From contig JAZNAW010000105.1 in NCBI GenBank assembly GCA_045586745.1, positions 308-64,307 on the forward strand: a stretch of 64,000 bases of DNA, read 5' to 3'. Below are positions 54,635 to 64,000 of the stretch, one piece after another. How positions within the stretch are numbered: the stretch's first letter is position 1; each line of letters opens with the position of its first letter. This DNA is from Candidatus Cryptobacteroides sp. (GTDB lineage: Bacteria; Bacteroidota; Bacteroidia; Bacteroidales; UBA932). Below the pieces are notes generated by a model. It did not search any database. It was not told the DNA's origin and was given only the letters and a program-made list of their open reading frames with translations. A program made the translations under genes and the position numbers.

Positions 54635-57600
54635 ATGATTATGAAATCAAGACTTCTACTGATAAGTTTGCTGGCCTGTCTGGTCTGTGTTTCTTGCGAC
54701 AAAGATGAACAGGAAAGTGTAAACGGCAATTCAAATACTACGATACTTCCGATAGGAGACATAGAAGTGCATCCTTTGGGAGATCAGATAACAGTATCAT
54801 ATACATCTGCCACTTCGTGGACTTCATATCTTTCCGGTAATCAGGATGGAGTGCAATACTCTCCGGATCATGGTGTTGCCGGAACTACTGTTATCACCAT
54901 TACCGTGGATCCGAACCTATCTTTCGAAGATAGGGAAACCATATTGAGCTTCAGTGCTAGTAATGGTGATTCGGACAGTTTCAAGCTATCTCAAGATAAT
55001 GCAGTTCTCTGGCTGGACATAAAAGGTGGCAAAGAGGACTATAAGACTTCAGGTAATGATGATATTGTATTCGATTGGGAAAAGTCGGCCGAATCTGAAG
55101 GTGCTGAATTTGTCGTTGAGTCAAATATCGAATGGGAGGTTCTGTTTGAAGATGTACATGATGCATACGTTCTGCGTAATGGCAATGAACAGATCGGCTT
55201 ATCAAAGAAAGGTGGAGCAGTCAACTTTGATAAAACTGTTAAGTATGATTTTAAATTGTCTGCAGATGATTATAACCTGACAGATGATGTCAATTCGTGT
55301 GAAATTCGTATAGTTCCAAGAAAAAAAGATGCGGACGGAAATGATCTGCCGTTGAATGCTGCTGTCAGAGATGCTCTTTCGCATACTATTGCAGTAAGTC
55401 AGGAATACATTTTATTCTATCTGGAGAATTGTGATTCAAGAGACGGAAATACATATACTCTTTATACTCCTTTCAGTGAATTGGGTGATGATTACCTCAA
55501 GACTGTTTATGAAGACGAGGGCGTGATGCTCGATGATGCTCCTACCGAACAGTTATTTTCCGTTGTCTATGAGAAGGGAAAGATATACTTTGATGATGAA
55601 GCCTGGACTGATGGGCTTTCAGGCATTTTGAACAGAAACCTTTTCATCGAAGGCTATGATGAGGAGTTTGAAAAGGATGGAAGATTGTGCATACGTAGGA
55701 ATATGCGTCTTGTCGTTCCTGATCCTAACTCTGAAAGGTATGTAAGCGGCTATTCTCGTGCAACAGAGAAGTCCGTATATCTGCCTTTGGAAGTCGAGGG
55801 CGAAAGAGTTACAGAGATACTTCTCAATTATTATCAGAATAAGTACATCTTGGATCTGATTCTTGATGACAATTCACCTGAGTTTGCGAATATTGGTGAT
55901 GGAGAAATCAAGACTCTTACAGTGGAAACAAAAGGTCCTTGGCAAATTGGAAGGAGGGGTACAGATGAAGGATATTGGCTCAATATGGATGAAACCGGTG
56001 GTCGTGGAAATTCTTCAGTTATTTTGTCTGTTCCGGATCAGAACCTTTATCTTGTTCCTAAAGAAGTAGAGCTTGCGCTTTTGACACCACTGTCATATAC
56101 TGATGATTTGATGGATGTTGTTGTTCTGACTCAGAAGAAGTTTGATTTTGAGCTTAGTCCTGAGAAGTATCCGCAAGATAATCTGATAGCGAGACTCAGT
56201 ACGGAAACCTATACTCAGAACCTTCTATCTTCTGGTCCTTGGACCATGGAATTGGTTTCGGATGATGGAGATACATCCTGGTTGACTGTTTCCGCAATTT
56301 CAGAGGAAGGAGAATCAGCGGCATGGAAAGATGGTGAGTTGTCAGGTGCTGCAGGAAACTGGCAGATTTATGTAAGTGCAAACACTCCTAATCCTAGTGA
56401 CAAGAAACAGCGTAGGATGATAATGACTGTCAACAGTGACCTTCATGTTGCAGATAAAGTATCGCGCTCATTTGAGCTTGTTCAGGATATCTATCGTTTT
56501 GAGATGAAGAAAGAAGATGGTACAACCATGACGGATATCACCATCCCTGCATATAAGGAGTCGGCCAGCACTTATAGTTTTATCGTAAATTGCAGAGCTC
56601 CGTGGAAGATTACTAAAAAGCCGGCTTGGGTAACTGTCACCCCTGACAATGGTAATGGTATGGATGCCAATGTAAAGGTTACCATGACAATCGATAATAA
56701 TGTCGGAAAGGACTGGGATAAATCCAGGGATGCGGCGATTACAATAAGGAGTTATAAGGATGCAACGACATTGCCAGCTCAGGATAATACATCCGGGGAA
56801 GACAAATCGTTCAATTTGAAGCAGGAAGCTTTTGTATTCAAAGCGACAACGCCTGGCAGCTATGCTATGCGTGGGGCTCTTGATCAGGGAAGTTATCAGT
56901 TGTGTGATGTGTCATGTACAGATGGTGCAGAGTGGGAGATAATTCCAGATAAGGATTGGATAACGCTTTCTGTCAATAGAGGAGAAGGTACAGTTGAAGA
57001 TATCACTTATAGTCTTGCAAATAATGGAGAACTTAGCGCTCGTGAATCTTATGTTACTGTCAGGAGCAGGGTTGTTGATAAAAGCTATACTTTACCATTG
57101 ATATCACAGGGAGCTTATAGATTTGATATCACTGCAGTTACTGTTCCGAAGTTCGGAGAGTTGGAAAATCTTACAGGTACGTTTATGGTGGATTGCCTCG
57201 GACCTTGGAAGATTACTGAAAAACCGGGTTGGGTTACCTTGTCTGAAAGTAGCGGAAATGGAGGAGATAAAGCGGTTACTGTAACTGTAACTGCAGATAA
57301 GAACCTGTCCGCAGCACGTGGTCCTGAGAGAATTGTAGTAAAAAGTGTTGTTGGCGGAAAGGAGCACACTAAGACCATAACTGTGAGTCAGTATGATTAT
57401 GTGTGGAACGTTACCTATGCTCCTGGTACCATTAACCTGTCTCCGCTTGACACTCATAAAGACAATATTAAATTTAAGTGTAGCGGTGCATGGAATGCAG
57501 AATCAGACAAGGATTTTGTGACACCATCACCAAAATCAGGAAATGGCGGCAGGGATGTAACGAATACTGTTTCTTTTGAAGTTCCTGAGAACTATAGCCT

Positions 57601-57964
57601 GCAAGATAGAACAGCTGTCATTACGGTTGCAAGCAAAGATAATAGCTCGTCATACAGTAAAAAAGTAACCATTAATCAGTCAAAGTATGTCTTTGACGTT
57701 CCGGTTACAGGGGATGTTGAGTTTTCTTCAAGTGAAAGTAACAAGGTGTTTGAGGTGAAATGTTCCGGAACCCTGAATGTGTCAGATTCAGACAAGATAC
57801 CTTCATGGCTTACAGTGACTGTCGAGGATGGAAAACTTACTTTAAAAGCAAAGAAGAATACAGGCGGTTCACGTAGTCATAAGGTTATAATTGCCAGTGA
57901 ACATGTTTCCAAGAACTCTGCTCTTTCAAAGACTTTCACTGTAAAGCAGGAGGCTGCTAAATAG
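54635..57964 (+). CDS. Large BACON-repeat surface lipoprotein
   Basis: Lipobox CVSC followed by DKDEQE; tandem ~90-aa units with W...W(V/L/I)T.....G.G and R...I...Q signatures. Confidence 0.88.
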   Translation: MIMKSRLLLISLLACLVCVSCDKDEQESVNGNSNTTILPIGDIEVHPLGDQITVSYTSATSWTSYLSGNQDGVQYSPDHGVAGTTVITITVDPNLSFEDRETILSFSASNGDSDSFKLSQDNAVLWLDIKGGKEDYKTSGNDDIVFDWEKSAESEGAEFVVESNIEWEVLFEDVHDAYVLRNGNEQIGLSKKGGAVNFDKTVKYDFKLSADDYNLTDDVNSCEIRIVPRKKDADGNDLPLNAAVRDALSHTIAVSQEYILFYLENCDSRDGNTYTLYTPFSELGDDYLKTVYEDEGVMLDDAPTEQLFSVVYEKGKIYFDDEAWTDGLSGILNRNLFIEGYDEEFEKDGRLCIRRNMRLVVPDPNSERYVSGYSRATEKSVYLPLEVEGERVTEILLNYYQNKYILDLILDDNSPEFANIGDGEIKTLTVETKGPWQIGRRGTDEGYWLNMDETGGRGNSSVILSVPDQNLYLVPKEVELALLTPLSYTDDLMDVVVLTQKKFDFELSPEKYPQDNLIARLSTETYTQNLLSSGPWTMELVSDDGDTSWLTVSAISEEGESAAWKDGELSGAAGNWQIYVSANTPNPSDKKQRRMIMTVNSDLHVADKVSRSFELVQDIYRFEMKKEDGTTMTDITIPAYKESASTYSFIVNCRAPWKITKKPAWVTVTPDNGNGMDANVKVTMTIDNNVGKDWDKSRDAAITIRSYKDATTLPAQDNTSGEDKSFNLKQEAFVFKATTPGSYAMRGALDQGSYQLCDVSCTDGAEWEIIPDKDWITLSVNRGEGTVEDITYSLANNGELSARESYVTVRSRVVDKSYTLPLISQGAYRFDITAVTVPKFGELENLTGTFMVDCLGPWKITEKPGWVTLSESSGNGGDKAVTVTVTADKNLSAARGPERIVVKSVVGGKEHTKTITVSQYDYVWNVTYAPGTINLSPLDTHKDNIKFKCSGAWNAESDKDFVTPSPKSGNGGRDVTNTVSFEVPENYSLQDRTAVITVASKDNSSSYSKKVTINQSKYVFDVPVTGDVEFSSSESNKVFEVKCSGTLNVSDSDKIPSWLTVTVEDGKLTLKAKKNTGGSRSHKVIIASEHVSKNSALSKTFTVKQEAAK

Positions 57965-57990
57965 TAATCAGACATAAAGCATACTTACGG

Positions 57991-60900
57991 ATGAATAGAC
58001 ATTCAGCTAGAATAATCACTTCAATATTGGTTTTGGCGGTCTTTGCGCAGGCAAATGTCCTGGCCAAGGATGATGTTCCGAAACTTAAGGAGCTTAAAGG
58101 AAAAAGTCTGGCGGAGAAGATAACACCATTGCGGCATAAGAAAGGCCTGTGGGGTTATGCCAATCCGGAAGGTAAGTTTGTGATACGTGCGGCTTTCAAT
58201 GAAGCATATCCCTATGAGGGCAAGGTGGCCAGGGTATGTTATGAAGGCAAGTGGGGCATAATCAATGAGAGGGGACTTTATGTTATGCCTCCACTGGTCT
58301 ATGATTACATTTCAGAGTTTTCTGCTGACAGTCTCGCAGTTGTGAAGAAGGGATCGCGATGGGGTATCGTAAATGCTAAAGCTGAGATTATACAGAATAC
58401 GACTTACGATGAGATAACATATGCGGATTACGGGTACCGTATCCTGAAGGATGGTAAGTATGGAACGATAGACCATTTGGGAAGCACCGTATTTGAACCT
58501 CAGTTCGATGAGTTGGAAACTCTGGATAGGGACAGACAGATAGAACAGTTCAAGAAGGACGGATCATGGAGCTTGCTTAAAGGCGGAAGTCAGATATTAT
58601 CTGTCAGGATAGACAAGCCGCTTACTCTTATGCAGAAGGGTAAAGATGGGTCGGTTGATTTATATCGTGCGTTTATTGATGATAAGGTGGGAGTCGTTAC
58701 TCCTTATGGTGACTTTGTCGTACCTTGTGTTTATGATGACTTGTACATTGATGGTTCCGGAAGATTCTATATTATCCGTCAAGGGGATAAGTATGGTGTG
58801 GTCTCTACCAGGATGGTTGAGCTGATTCCTCCGGTTCTTGATAATCCTCCTGCATTGACCGAAGAAATCTTCAGACTTTATGATGATGGGAAATTCTATG
58901 CTGTAAATATAGATGGAAAGATACCTTTTGAAGATTGCGCGGGATTATATGAGGTGTTCAAACCTGAAGAATATGTCCCGACCAGATCTATTCCTGAGTG
59001 GGCAAAGACTTCTCTAGTGGAAGATAACATCCTTCGACGTAATGATAAGATAGAGGCGGCCAGACAAGTCGTGAAGGTTCTGTCATCAAATAATTTCGAT
59101 GTTGAATGGGCAGGAATTCAAAAGGATATGCCTAAAGAATTCGATCTTACCATACCACAGGATTCGAAGGGACATTATGGAATCATTCATGCCGAGGCAT
59201 TCAGACTCTCATCCGGCTCATCAAGTGATATTGGGGGAGGTGTCTATGATGTTATGTTTGCCGCGCCGGCTTTGCCGGCAGGTAATGTGGAACTCGTCTC
59301 CGACCCGACCACTGGAGAGACTTTCCTGAATATCTGCGGAGTCCTGCATTCTGTGAAGGAGACATTTTCACAGATGAACATCAAGAAGTTCAACGCTTTC
59401 TATCCGAAAGAATATGCTGTGCTTCCTGATGGGAATATAATGGTACGTCTGGCCTTTGTAAGGCCGGCTTCAGAAGTGGGATCCCCTCTGGTTGAGACCA
59501 ACTCATTCAGGATACCTGTGGAACCATATGATATAAAAATACATAAAGGAGCTTCAGTCCCTAGCGGAGAAGATCATGTGGTATTCCTGTTTGATAATGA
59601 AAGGAATGCTGCGGTCTCTTGTTTTGAGTTATCTCAGGCTTCAAGAGCATCTGTATTTGTGTCGCGCTTCAATGGTTTGAATCTCACGGCATCTGGTACT
59701 GTTATCGTCGATGAGAAGACTCCTTTGAGAAGGTTTGACATGAGTGGAAACCATGATTGGGATTTTGTTCCAAAGACAGGAGAACAGTTTTATGGTATAG
59801 AGGAGACCGAGAATTTCATATACCTGTCTGGAACAACAAAGGCCGGTCAGTCCGGTGGCGCGGTCAGTCCTCTCATTGTTCAGTTGAACAAGATGGGTGA
59901 ACGTATAAAAGACTACAGCCTTCCGTATGGAGATGCTGTCATTACAGACATAATCTGCCGTAATCATCTTCTGTATGCCAAGGCTACTTTCAGGAGGGAA
60001 AAGATTTTTGGTCCTGATTACTATCCGTTGATGGTGGTCGACGATATGGGCGATAATTTTGGAGTAAGTCTCTGTTGCGCCTGGGAAGATTGGGATGGAG
60101 GTGTCATCGGCGGATGCGGACTTGTTTCTGAAGACGGTTCATGGCTTGTCTCTCCTGTATTGTCGGATGAACAGATGTGCACTTCTTTCGATTGGGAGTT
60201 CGGTGCTTTTTCATCTGACCATCTTATAGTAACTTATAGGGGCAAGTATGGAATGATAGATCGAAAAGGAAATATGACCATAGATCCCAAGTATGATCTT
60301 ATCGAGTATCTTGACAATCCTTCATTCGTCAGGGTACGACAGAATGGTGGATATGGCGTTCTTGATGTCAATGGAAATGCGATCGTTCCCGCTCAATATG
60401 ACCATGTGGGTAACATGAGTGACGATATCATTATAGTGAGAAGCAATGGCCGCTACGGATGTTATGACAAGGATGGCAAGATGGCTGTGCCGATGGAGTA
60501 TGAGGAAATCCGAGAATATGCTGACGGAATGGCGCGTATCCGGCTGAAGCAGAGATTCGGCTTTATTGACAAAAGAGGAAACATGGTGGTTGCACCATTC
60601 TCCGATGAGGTTGAAAACTTTGCAGAAGGAGTTGCTTTGGTGATTATAAAGGGTAAGTATGGATTTGTCACCGTAGATGGTGATTGGGTGGTCGTTCCTA
60701 TGTATAGTCATGGAAGCTCGTTCTCAGGTGGTCTGGCTTGTATGGCTCTCAACGATAAGTTCGGTTACATTGATAAGGCCGGTAACTTTGTAATACCTAT
60801 GCAGTATGACACTGCTTCAAGCTTCAATCCGGAACATGGATTGGCGAGTGTCTCGCTGGATGGTAAGTGGGGAGTCATATCCAAGGATGGTTCTGTTGTC

Positions 60901-61149
60901 GTCCCTATTGAATACGATGCGGTGACAATAGCTTCGGACGGTTATGTCCGTGTAAAGCTCGGTGATAAGTTTGGCGTGATGGCAAAGGACGGAGAGATGA
61001 TATGTGCGCCGGAGTGTGACAGCATCGATATTGACACTATGGGTAGGATTTTCCGCTGCGGAGTTGCTGAAGGACGTAAAGACGGACAACGTGTCCGTTT
61101 GGATTTGTTGGGAAATCTGATATATCAGTATTCAAGATTTACAAATTAA
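57991..61149 (+). CDS. WG-repeat protein
   Basis: Signal peptide; N- and C-terminal arrays of K(W/Y/F)G.ID..G..V.P..YD repeats flanking a non-repeat core. Confidence 0.92.
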   Translation: MNRHSARIITSILVLAVFAQANVLAKDDVPKLKELKGKSLAEKITPLRHKKGLWGYANPEGKFVIRAAFNEAYPYEGKVARVCYEGKWGIINERGLYVMPPLVYDYISEFSADSLAVVKKGSRWGIVNAKAEIIQNTTYDEITYADYGYRILKDGKYGTIDHLGSTVFEPQFDELETLDRDRQIEQFKKDGSWSLLKGGSQILSVRIDKPLTLMQKGKDGSVDLYRAFIDDKVGVVTPYGDFVVPCVYDDLYIDGSGRFYIIRQGDKYGVVSTRMVELIPPVLDNPPALTEEIFRLYDDGKFYAVNIDGKIPFEDCAGLYEVFKPEEYVPTRSIPEWAKTSLVEDNILRRNDKIEAARQVVKVLSSNNFDVEWAGIQKDMPKEFDLTIPQDSKGHYGIIHAEAFRLSSGSSSDIGGGVYDVMFAAPALPAGNVELVSDPTTGETFLNICGVLHSVKETFSQMNIKKFNAFYPKEYAVLPDGNIMVRLAFVRPASEVGSPLVETNSFRIPVEPYDIKIHKGASVPSGEDHVVFLFDNERNAAVSCFELSQASRASVFVSRFNGLNLTASGTVIVDEKTPLRRFDMSGNHDWDFVPKTGEQFYGIEETENFIYLSGTTKAGQSGGAVSPLIVQLNKMGERIKDYSLPYGDAVITDIICRNHLLYAKATFRREKIFGPDYYPLMVVDDMGDNFGVSLCCAWEDWDGGVIGGCGLVSEDGSWLVSPVLSDEQMCTSFDWEFGAFSSDHLIVTYRGKYGMIDRKGNMTIDPKYDLIEYLDNPSFVRVRQNGGYGVLDVNGNAIVPAQYDHVGNMSDDIIIVRSNGRYGCYDKDGKMAVPMEYEEIREYADGMARIRLKQRFGFIDKRGNMVVAPFSDEVENFAEGVALVIIKGKYGFVTVDGDWVVVPMYSHGSSFSGGLACMALNDKFGYIDKAGNFVIPMQYDTASSFNPEHGLASVSLDGKWGVISKDGSVVVPIEYDAVTIASDGYVRVKLGDKFGVMAKDGEMICAPECDSIDIDTMGRIFRCGVAEGRKDGQRVRLDLLGNLIYQYSRFTN

Positions 61150-61207
61150 TCAGAGTAACATTGTTGTTGCCTGTTTTAATTTAGGGAACGATATATCAGT
61201 TTACACC

Positions 61208-61275
61208 TGTCATGTCGAGTGTAGTCGAGACATCCTTAAAAAGATTTCTCCATTCACTTCGTTAAGTCGTAATCG
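61208..61275 (+). repeat. Degenerate REP/MITE-like palindromic element
   Basis: TGTCATGTCGAGTGTAGTCGAGACATC...AGATTTCTC; internal dyad ATGTC/GACAT and two TCGA; lies at the GC-content step. Confidence 0.45.
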
Positions 61276-61299
61276 GACTGCTGCTTAAACATTAATACT

Positions 61300-61926
61300 A
61301 TGAAAAGAAAAATTACACTATTATTTATTTTCGTACTGATCGCCTCGGTTTGTTTTGCTCAAAGCGATGATAGATGGAGAAAGAAATATACCAATTTCGG
61401 ATTTATCAACACAACAATGTCCCAAGACGGGAAGCCTGATTTGAAAAGCAATTATGGTGCTTCATATACTGTTGGTAGAACATTTTATTTGCACAGGCCC
61501 ATTGGCGGTTTTTTGCGTTTCGGTATTGATGCGACCTGGTTTGATTTGAATTACACAAATTATAAGATCAAACATATTGCAAATGGAGAAACAGATAACT
61601 ATCAATACCACCAAGCCGAAGTGTCCATGCATATTGGTCCTTCAATTACGGTCCGTCCTGTTGGTAAATTGAGTATACATGGATATTTCAGATATGCACC
61701 TTCTTTCTCTGCATTGTATGCAAATGAAGCATTTTACAGTAATTATGCTACATTCTTTGTGGGAGGAGCTTCAATTTCTTATGGTGTCATAGGATTGGGT
61801 ATCGAAACTCGATTTGGAGACTGCGAATACAAGGAGTTTGGTTCTGATAGTGATGAAAATACCAGTTCGCCTGTCAACAAGACTAAATATAATGGCTGGA
61901 AAGCATATCTGACTTTTAGATTTTAA
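61300..61926 (+). CDS. Small outer-membrane beta-barrel protein
   Basis: Signal peptide CFA/Q, alternating strands, C-terminal AYLTFRF. Confidence 0.8.
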   Translation: MKRKITLLFIFVLIASVCFAQSDDRWRKKYTNFGFINTTMSQDGKPDLKSNYGASYTVGRTFYLHRPIGGFLRFGIDATWFDLNYTNYKIKHIANGETDNYQYHQAEVSMHIGPSITVRPVGKLSIHGYFRYAPSFSALYANEAFYSNYATFFVGGASISYGVIGLGIETRFGDCEYKEFGSDSDENTSSPVNKTKYNGWKAYLTFRF

Positions 61927-61931
61927 CGATT

Positions 61932-63992
61932 ATGAAAAGAATATATATTTTTATTATTACTGCAATTATCGCAGCCATGGGAGCATTGGTAGCTTGTCAT
62001 GAGAATATTATTGATGAGACAGATGGAAATTATATAAATGAGGAAATAATAATAAATGGCCAACTCATCTTATCAACACCTAATATTTCTACATATGATA
62101 ACTGCAAAGTAAATTCTATTTGTGGAGAATCTACTTTGTCAGATGGCCAGTTTGACATTGGTACTTATTATAACGATAGGGTACAAACATTTGCTTTGTC
62201 TGATAATAATAATATTTATTTGTTAAGTCGAGTTCCGATTGTTAAAGGTGAAAGTATTGAATTAAGTCCAAAATCAACAACAATTGCCTTAGTAACACTG
62301 CATCCATTATTTTCCCCTATAAAGAGAGATGAATACCAAGATGTGGTTGATATGATATTGGCTAGTTCTTGTTATCAGCCTCTTTACGAAGAAGTAGAAA
62401 AAGTTATATATGAGAGACGGAATATTTTCGATGAAAATAATGAGGCTCTTTTATTGGCATTTAGCAATTTAATTGAGGATATCTGTGTTGAGGTTGATGA
62501 TAACAATTATTCAGATTCATTGGATGATATTGTAACAGAGAATCAACAAATGACGAGGGCTATATATGAAAACCATAAGATATATCCCTTATATGCAGAA
62601 ATTAACAGAAATGTCTTAACATTAAGAAACACAGGTTTGACACCTAGTTATTTTGGTACGGTAAGAAATGCCAATGGAGGAGTCGATAATATTGCCGTAA
62701 AATCAAGAAGTGATTATGGTGGATTTGACCTTTTTAAAACGGTAGGAGAAATAAATTTAGGTCCAGAATGTAATTATACATTCCAATCTCAAGGTCAATA
62801 TCAATTTAGTCTTTCTAGAATGAATGAAGTTGCTACTGCTGATTTTTATTTGCGTATAGCGAATAATATATTAACTACATTGGGATTAGATTTGGGAAAT
62901 GATGCGATACAAGAAATTGGCAATTCAATCAGTAGAGCTATTATTAACGCAGGTTCTGGTGTTGATGATGCCGTATTAGATCCTATGGAATGGGTTGGCA
63001 TAGCATATAATGCTGCATTAGAACAATTAAAGACTGGAACCTTTTTCTCACATGGTGTCTCGGAGTCATTTGTGTATACAAGTAAGTTTCTACTCGGTTC
63101 ATTAGACTGGTATAATAAAATCAAGGGTATAGGAAATGCTGCAACCAGAATAAGTTATGCATTATCAGCTCCAAAAGAATTGAATTTTTGCCTCTGTTAT
63201 TATAATGGTGAAATTTCTACATGCACCACAGTCTCGTTGGAAAAGGTTGACGGTGATGAACAAACTGGTTATCCAAAACAAAAACTATTATTACCATTGG
63301 AGGTATATGTATCTACATTAGGTGATGACGGATATTATATTTCTTCAAGTTCTTATCATAGAATTAAGTTTGAGGTTGTCTCCGGGGGTGGTAGAGTCGA
63401 TGCTGAGTATGTGTCAGCAAATATGGAAAATATTGCCTCAACATATTGGACTCTTGGAGAGGAGGGAGAACAAAAGGTTAAGGCAACTGTAGTTGATATT
63501 ATAACTGATAAAGAAATATCAGAACCAGTATATTTTACAGCAGACCTAAATAGTGCAGAAATCACTATCCGATTAGACTGGAGTAAGCATAGTAGTGATA
63601 CAGATATTGATTTGCATGTAATCGATCCATATGGAGAACGGATATGTTATTACCAAATGACTTCTTCGTCTGGTGGTTATTTGGATAGGGATGATACCGT
63701 TGGTCCTGGCCCAGAGCATATTAGATGGAGTAGTGCACCAGTAGGTACATATAAAATTTATGTACATTATTATCCAAATGAAGCCGAAGACCGTTCTGTT
63801 ACAAGTTACAAGGTTTCGGTAAATGCTGATGGCATAACATATCAGCCCAAAACAGGTTCAATAGCTTATGACAAAATGGTGCCTGTTGGTCAGTTTACTA
63901 TTGGTGGGTCTTCAACAACTCGTTCTACTTCGAATAGCGAACTCGATGATACAACCCCTATTAACAAAATAAATCTCCCAAAGAAAAAATAA
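61932..63992 (+). CDS. Lipoprotein with Ig-like domain and C-terminal YfaP/DUF2135-like domain
   Basis: Lipobox LVAC; GDEQTG...FEVVSGGG...WTLG Ig-like unit; IRLDWS..DIDLHVIDPYGE..GGYLDRDD..GPGPEHI. Confidence 0.82.
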   Translation: MKRIYIFIITAIIAAMGALVACHENIIDETDGNYINEEIIINGQLILSTPNISTYDNCKVNSICGESTLSDGQFDIGTYYNDRVQTFALSDNNNIYLLSRVPIVKGESIELSPKSTTIALVTLHPLFSPIKRDEYQDVVDMILASSCYQPLYEEVEKVIYERRNIFDENNEALLLAFSNLIEDICVEVDDNNYSDSLDDIVTENQQMTRAIYENHKIYPLYAEINRNVLTLRNTGLTPSYFGTVRNANGGVDNIAVKSRSDYGGFDLFKTVGEINLGPECNYTFQSQGQYQFSLSRMNEVATADFYLRIANNILTTLGLDLGNDAIQEIGNSISRAIINAGSGVDDAVLDPMEWVGIAYNAALEQLKTGTFFSHGVSESFVYTSKFLLGSLDWYNKIKGIGNAATRISYALSAPKELNFCLCYYNGEISTCTTVSLEKVDGDEQTGYPKQKLLLPLEVYVSTLGDDGYYISSSSYHRIKFEVVSGGGRVDAEYVSANMENIASTYWTLGEEGEQKVKATVVDIITDKEISEPVYFTADLNSAEITIRLDWSKHSSDTDIDLHVIDPYGERICYYQMTSSSGGYLDRDDTVGPGPEHIRWSSAPVGTYKIYVHYYPNEAEDRSVTSYKVSVNADGITYQPKTGSIAYDKMVPVGQFTIGGSSTTRSTSNSELDDTTPINKINLPKKK

Positions 63993-64000
63993 TAGGGAAC

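Noticed and set aside
41131-61149. Calling the operon a type VI secretion system
   Set aside because: No recognisable sheath (TssB/C), Hcp, VgrG/PAAR, baseplate, ClpV or TssN gene in the window; only TssR- and possibly TssP-like parts.

Overview
Chromosomal segment of a Bacteroidales-type bacterium, judged from TAnnTTTG promoters, DUF5686/BACON/WG-repeat proteins and Bacteroidetes-style TopA and RodA. Bases 1-41 kb are mostly housekeeping: mreBCD-mrdA-rodA, ispD, topA, PBP1A-ddl-prmC, U32 protein, hemW, aminopeptidase P, an orphan sdhC, pyrH-frr, pheA-tyrA-DAHP synthase/chorismate mutase, lpxK, dusB and pfkA. The aromatic operon is preceded by an unannotated 19-codon Phe/Tyr-rich leader peptide and terminator, i.e. 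a dual-amino-acid attenuator. Bases 41.1-61.1 kb form one tightly packed, lower-GC 14-gene operon: double-zinc-ribbon protein, two Hanks Ser/Thr kinases, FHA proteins, PP2C phosphatase, lipoprotein, outer-membrane barrel, proteins resembling the Bacteroidetes T6SS membrane components TssR and possibly TssP, a MacB/LolCDE-type ABC pair, a large BACON-repeat lipoprotein and a WG-repeat protein. No sheath, tube, spike or baseplate genes are in the window. Its consensus promoter has a poly-G run inside the -33/-7 spacer, suggesting phase variation. This operon is the best candidate for an undescribed trans-envelope phospho-signalling/export system. A very AT-rich barrel + lipoprotein pair ends the window. 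No tRNA, rRNA, CRISPR array or integrase/transposase was seen. All family calls come from motif recognition by eye, not from database searches.
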